Shown piece after piece: positions 6,874 through 10,845 of a stretch of DNA of 10,845 bases. The position numbers and the translations under genes were made by a program. Under the pieces are notes generated by a model that searched no databases, had not been told where the DNA came from, and saw only the letters and a list, made by a program, of their open reading frames with translations. Location of the stretch: NCBI GenBank assembly GCA_000388065.2, contig KK198107.1. One strand, written 5' to 3'. Within the stretch, counting starts at the first letter, position 1. Each line of letters begins with the position of its first letter. The stretch comes from Fonticula alba ATCC 38817 (Eukaryota; Protista; Nucleariida).

Positions 6874-7350
6874 TTATTTTTTTTTTTTTGATGGTTTAAT
6901 AATTTTATAGTGTGCATGTGATGTGGATGTAATAGTAGTTGTGATGTTGTTGATATATTGTTGTTTTGTGAGCTTTTTGAAATATTCTCTTCCTCCTATT
7001 TTTATTAGTGAGTTTTTATGTGTTTTTGTTGTTTTTGCATTTGTTTTTGTTCTTTGTCCTTTTACGGGTAGTCCTAGTAGGTGTTTATATCCTCTATATG
7101 TTTTATTGTTGATAAGGTTGAATATATCGGATGTTGTTTCTTTTTTTAATAAGTGTCCTACTCTCATTTTAGCTACTAGTGTTTGTACTCGTCTTTCTTG
7201 TTGGTTATCTAGCTCTGATATTTTTAATTTATGGTGTATGTGGCATAGGTTGCATATTTCTTCTGCTTTTTTTTGTCCTATTCCACTGATTGTTTTTAAT
7301 CCTCTAATAATATTTAATTCTTTATCTATAACTACCCCTTGTAGATACAT
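6874..7350 (-). CDS. rps13: Ribosomal protein S13 with a C-terminal extension
   Basis: Motifs ISGIGQKKAEEIC and YRGYKHLLGLPVKGQRTKTNAKT. The ATG abuts the nad4 stop. Confidence 0.95.
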   Translation of the reverse strand: MYLQGVVIDKELNIIRGLKTISGIGQKKAEEICNLCHIHHKLKISELDNQQERRVQTLVAKMRVGHLLKKETTSDIFNLINNKTYRGYKHLLGLPVKGQRTKTNAKTTKTHKNSLIKIGGREYFKKLTKQQYINNITTTITSTSHAHYKIIKPSKKKK

Positions 7351-8829
7351 TTATAGTTGTGTTTTTATTAATAGAGGTGTCATATGAGATTCTAATAGAA
7401 TTTTAGGGTATACTCCTAATCCAATAAATAAAAAGATTAGAACTATGCTTACTGGTAATGTCATGTCATAGTTTATATCCCTAGTTTGATGAATATGAAT
7501 ACTTAATCTTCCCATGAATACTCTATTATAAAGCCAAATTGAGTATGCGGCTGTAGAAATAATTGATAATCCTGCTATAACTGCAGTTGTTGGTGATTTT
7601 TGAAATGTTCCTATTAATATTAAAAATTCTCCTACAAAGTTAGATGTTCCAGGCATACTTAGATTTCCTAAAACAGCTATAAAGAACACAGTACTTAATA
7701 TCGGCATAAATACTGTCAATCCTCTATAATATTTTAATACTCTAGTGTGGTATTTATCATATAAAGAACCCACTAATATAAATAATGTAGAAGAAATAAA
7801 TGCATGACTAACCATAATCAATAGAGCCCCATCTAATCCTTGAACATTAAACGAGAATATTCCAAGAGTAATAAAATTCATATGACCCACCGATGAATAA
7901 GCAATAATTTTTTTTAAATCAATTTGTCTCAATGTAGTTAGTGAACTATACAAAATACTAATCAAACTAACTAAATAAACAAAAGGAGCAAAGTACCAAG
8001 ATGCATCTGGAAATAATGCTAATGAGTACTTTATTAATCCAAAAGTACCCAATTTTAAAAGCAATGCTGCTAATAATACAGACCCAGATGTAGGCGCCTC
8101 TACATGCGCCTCTGGTAACCATGTATGAAATGGAACCATAGGAATTTTAATTGCAAATGCTAAAAAAAATGCACACCATAATAACCTTTCTTCTAAGAAT
8201 GACCAATCAGTACCTATAAGATCATTCAACACTAAAGTTCCTTTAGTAACATATATATAGGCAATAGCGAAAACCATAAATAAAGAACCAAATAATGTGT
8301 ACAAGAATAATTGAAATGCAGCTAAAACCTTTCTATTCCTAGAACCCCAAATACCAATTATAAAAAAAATAGGAATTAATACTAGTTCAAATAACATATA
8401 AAAAGCTATTATATTATTAGTTAAAAATGCCAATGTTAATATAGATTGAATTAACATTAATAATATAAACATCTCAACATACTTTTTATTAGACATATTA
8501 TAATTTACAAACATACAAATATGAACTGTAAACGCAGTTAAAACTACAAATATTAATGAGAATTTATCTAATAAAAATGTCACAATACCTTCAAATGGAA
8601 ATACAGACACTACAAAATTCAAAGTATAACCATTTAAAATAGAAGAAAAATCCTCATGACCCAATAATAAGCAGTAAAGAGAATATAAAGGTGTTATAGC
8701 AGAAGAAATTATTAAAGCTTCTTTAGTAAAATTATCTTTTTCAAGTTTAGATTTAAATAAAATACTGTGCACAACTATAATTAATGGAAACAATACTAAA
8801 CCAAACAATGGATTTATAGAAAATGTCAT
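7351..8829 (-). CDS. nad4: NADH dehydrogenase subunit 4
   Basis: Motifs FELVLIPIFFIIGIWGS, KIPMVPFHTWLPEAHVEAPTSGSVLLAALLLKLG, DLKKIIAYSSVGHM and NLSMPGTSNFVGE. Confidence 0.98.
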   Translation of the reverse strand: MTFSINPLFGLVLFPLIIVVHSILFKSKLEKDNFTKEALIISSAITPLYSLYCLLLGHEDFSSILNGYTLNFVVSVFPFEGIVTFLLDKFSLIFVVLTAFTVHICMFVNYNMSNKKYVEMFILLMLIQSILTLAFLTNNIIAFYMLFELVLIPIFFIIGIWGSRNRKVLAAFQLFLYTLFGSLFMVFAIAYIYVTKGTLVLNDLIGTDWSFLEERLLWCAFFLAFAIKIPMVPFHTWLPEAHVEAPTSGSVLLAALLLKLGTFGLIKYSLALFPDASWYFAPFVYLVSLISILYSSLTTLRQIDLKKIIAYSSVGHMNFITLGIFSFNVQGLDGALLIMVSHAFISSTLFILVGSLYDKYHTRVLKYYRGLTVFMPILSTVFFIAVLGNLSMPGTSNFVGEFLILIGTFQKSPTTAVIAGLSIISTAAYSIWLYNRVFMGRLSIHIHQTRDINYDMTLPVSIVLIFLFIGLGVYPKILLESHMTPLLIKTQL

Positions 8830-8830
8830 A

Positions 8831-9781
8831 TTAGATGTTTAAACCGTATATAATCCCACTGTTAAATAGTACTATACCTGTACCTACAGGTAAAAATACA
8901 AGCCATCCTAACCTCATCAATTGATCATACCTAAATCTAGGGAATGCAACCCTAACCCAAACGAATGCAATTAAAAAAAAACTAAGCTTTACAACGAATG
9001 AGAATTGGTTAAATAAAATAAAACCCCACCATCCACCTAAATATAAAATTACAGTAATACATGAAATTAATATAATATTAGCATATTCCCCCATATAAAA
9101 CATAGCAAAACCAATACCAGAATACTCAGTACTATAACCCGCCACTAACTCAGCCTCAGCCTCCGGCAAATCAAATGGAGGCCTATTAGTTTCAGCAACT
9201 GCTGAAATATAGAACATAACCAATAAAGGAAAACAACTTAAAATATTCCAATAAATCTCTTGATTCATAATTATCTCAACATAATTTAATGAACCAGCCA
9301 CAATAACAGTAGCTATAATTATCAAACCCAATGAAACCTCATAAGAAATCATCTGAGCCGCAGACCTAATCGCCCCCAACAATGAATACTTAGAATTTGA
9401 AGACCAACCTGCAATAACAATACCATAAACCCCCAAAGCTGACACCAACAAAGTAAATAAAATAGACACATTAATATCACTTACTAAAACATCTTCCCTC
9501 AAAGGAATAAATACCCAACCCAATAAAGAAAAACACAATGTAATTATAGGAGCCACAATAAACATCTTCTTATTAGCCTGAACCGGAATAACAATCTCCT
9601 TAACCAATAACTTCAATGCATCCGCAAAAGGCTGTAAAATACCCATAGGACCCACCAAATTAGGACCCTTCCTTCTCTGAAAAAGAGACATCACCTTCCT
9701 CTCCGCCAACGTTAAATAAGCCACCGCTATCAAAACTGGAACAACCACCAATAAAAAATCAATAAAACTAACCAAAATCAT
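8831..9781 (-). CDS. nad1: NADH dehydrogenase subunit 1. Start set at ATG 9781 (316 aa) rather than GTG 9919.
   Basis: Motifs [54 protein letters not shown] and PRFRYDQLM. The upstream 46 codons are low-complexity G/T sequence. Confidence 0.97.
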   Translation of the reverse strand: MILVSFIDFLLVVVPVLIAVAYLTLAERKVMSLFQRRKGPNLVGPMGILQPFADALKLLVKEIVIPVQANKKMFIVAPIITLCFSLLGWVFIPLREDVLVSDINVSILFTLLVSALGVYGIVIAGWSSNSKYSLLGAIRSAAQMISYEVSLGLIIIATVIVAGSLNYVEIIMNQEIYWNILSCFPLLVMFYISAVAETNRPPFDLPEAEAELVAGYSTEYSGIGFAMFYMGEYANIILISCITVILYLGGWWGFILFNQFSFVVKLSFFLIAFVWVRVAFPRFRYDQLMRLGWLVFLPVGTGIVLFNSGIIYGLNI

Positions 9782-9952
9782 AAAATAAACAAATAAAATA
9801 AAATAAAAAACAAAACAACCACCACAAAAACTACCCCCCCCCAATAAAATAAAATAACAAAACCCAAACAAAACACAAAAACCCAAACAAAATATAACAG
9901 CTCTAAGGATAAACACCACAAGTGTTTACTACAACACCACCTAAAGAAAACA

Positions 9953-10036
9953 TATGGATAATGGGACTCGAACCCATAAGAAAATAAATTCACTTGTTTC
10001 TAAGACAAGCGTGTCTACCAATTCCACCATACCCAC
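9953..10036 (-). tRNA. trnL: tRNA-Leu(UAG); its first 9 nt lie inside repeat copy 2
   Basis: Cloverleaf with long variable arm. Anticodon arm CTTGT CT TAG AA ACAAG, acceptor GTGGGTA/TATCCAT. Confidence 0.96.
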
Positions 10037-10048
10037 CTAAAACAAAAC

Positions 10049-10121
10049 AGCCGATAACAGGACTCGAACCTGCGACCTATTGATTACAAATCAATTGCTC
10101 TACCAACTAAGCTAAACCGGC
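10049..10121 (-). tRNA. trnT: tRNA-Thr(UGU), copy 2
   Basis: Identical to 6234-6306. Confidence 0.96.
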
Positions 10122-10155
10122 CCAACTATCAACACCTAATAAAACAAAATATAAT

Positions 10156-10565
10156 TAATTATAGGTTATTCAACTAATAACCTAAAATTAATACCTTATC
10201 ACATAAATACACTATATAATTAAAAAGCCACTACCTGAGATGATTGTTCTATTACTACTCCTCTGGATTCTAAACGACTAGCCCAATCACTCAGGTCATG
10301 CAGCTTGTTATATTATAATATAACAAACTGCTATTAAATATTAAGACGAGTCCGTCTAAAAAATTACTACAAGCTACCAGTAGCTTAAAACTTATATGAG
10401 TAAAAATAATATAATAATATTATTTTAACCTGAATTAAAAATAATAAAATAATACTATAGTATTATTGAGATATAGGTACCACTGAGCTAAAAACTATAC
10501 AGAGCCATATAAAAAAATCTAAAAATCTAATATATGGCTGATGATACACTTTTGCTGGAAGCTAT
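10156..10565. promoter_or_regulatory. Hairpin-rich non-coding core, copy 2 (candidate origin or control region)
   Basis: Identical to 6341-6750, and again at a strand-composition switch. Confidence 0.55.
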
Positions 10566-10567
10566 GT

Positions 10568-10624
10568 AAGGAGCAATTGGAATCGAACCAATGACCACAT
10601 GCTCTACCACTGAGCTATACCCCC
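10568..10624 (-). ncRNA. 57-nt tRNA-like element lacking the anticodon arm, copy 2
   Basis: Identical to 6753-6809. Confidence 0.85.
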
Positions 10625-10688
10625 ATTTTTATGTAATTATGTTGTTATAAATCTAATAGAAATTTTTCTATTAGATTGTGATTTCTTA

Positions 10689-10845
10689 TTATTTTTTTTT
10701 TTTTGATGGTTTAATAATTTTATAGTGTGCATGTGATGTGGATGTAATAGTAGTTGTGATGTTGTTGATATATTGTTGTTTTGTGAGCTTTTTGAAATAT
10801 TCTCTTCCTCCTATTTTTATTAGTGAGTTTTTATGTGTTTTTGTT
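10689..10845 (-). pseudogene. rps13: 5'-truncated rps13 fragment (last 51 codons plus stop)
   Basis: Identical to 6874-7030. With circular closure the codon immediately upstream (97-95) is an in-frame TAA, so it has no start and forms no fusion. Confidence 0.8.

Larger units (their letters stand above)
6213..7030. repeat. 818-bp direct repeat, copy 1 (trnL 5' stub, trnT, hairpin cluster, anticodon-less tRNA-like element, rps13 3' third)
   Basis: Matches 10028-10845 at a constant offset of 3815, with no differences seen by eye. The flanks differ (a6212 vs c10027; g7031 vs t96 via circular closure). Confidence 0.97.
10028..10845. repeat. 818-bp direct repeat, copy 2
   Basis: Matches 6213-7030. 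Confidence 0.97.

Noticed and set aside
6923-7387. 154-aa plus-strand ORF
   Set aside because: Antisense to rps13, which has clear family motifs. The T/G-rich strand has few stop codons by composition.
2009-9781. Non-standard genetic code (TGA=Trp)
   Set aside because: The nad1, nad2, nad4 and atp6 frames are fully open under the standard code with conserved Trp residues present, and the stops checked are TAA or TAG.
345-9981. Recurrent atggga(t/c)tcgaacccat as a CRISPR or mobile repeat
   Set aside because: Each copy is the T-arm of a tRNA or tRNA-like element. There is no regular spacing and no cas or transposase gene.
9778-9993. 71-aa minus-strand ORF and the 46-codon N-terminal extension of nad1 (9782-9919)
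   Set aside because: Low-complexity G/T-rich spacer. The ORF overlaps trnL, and Nad1 homology starts at ATG 9781.
4222-10121. 5' tRNA editing of acceptor stems (amoebozoan or chytrid type)
   Set aside because: Positions 1-3 of the true tRNAs show only Watson-Crick or G-U pairs. The real mismatches (trnC 6-67, trnT 7-66) are outside the edited positions.

Overview
AT-rich mitochondrial DNA from a non-animal eukaryote, probably a protist or alga. Supporting signs are the standard genetic code, a retained rps13 and a bacterial-type SSU rRNA without an anti-Shine-Dalgarno tail. Every gene is on the minus strand: nad1, nad4, rps13, nad2, atp6, rns, trnL(uag), trnT(ugu) x2, trnC(gca), trnS(gcu), trnE(uuc), trnA(ugc), and two unassigned ORFs (108 aa and 437 aa) that overlap across an A13 run. 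Bases 1-95 equal bases 10751-10845, so the contig closes into a 10,750-bp circle. An 818-bp direct repeat occurs at 6213-7030 and 10028-10845. It carries trnT, about nine hairpins or palindromes, a tRNA-like element with no anticodon arm, and the 3' third of rps13. Strand composition flips at both copies (A/C-rich on the left, G/T-rich on the right) although gene orientation never changes, which points to a replication origin or control cassette. The simplest reading is a multipartite mitochondrial genome: two minicircles of 3,815 and 6,935 bp share a constant cassette and are either co-integrated or joined by the assembler. No rnl, cox or cob gene is present, so more molecules must exist. All structures and alignments were read by eye and no searches were run.
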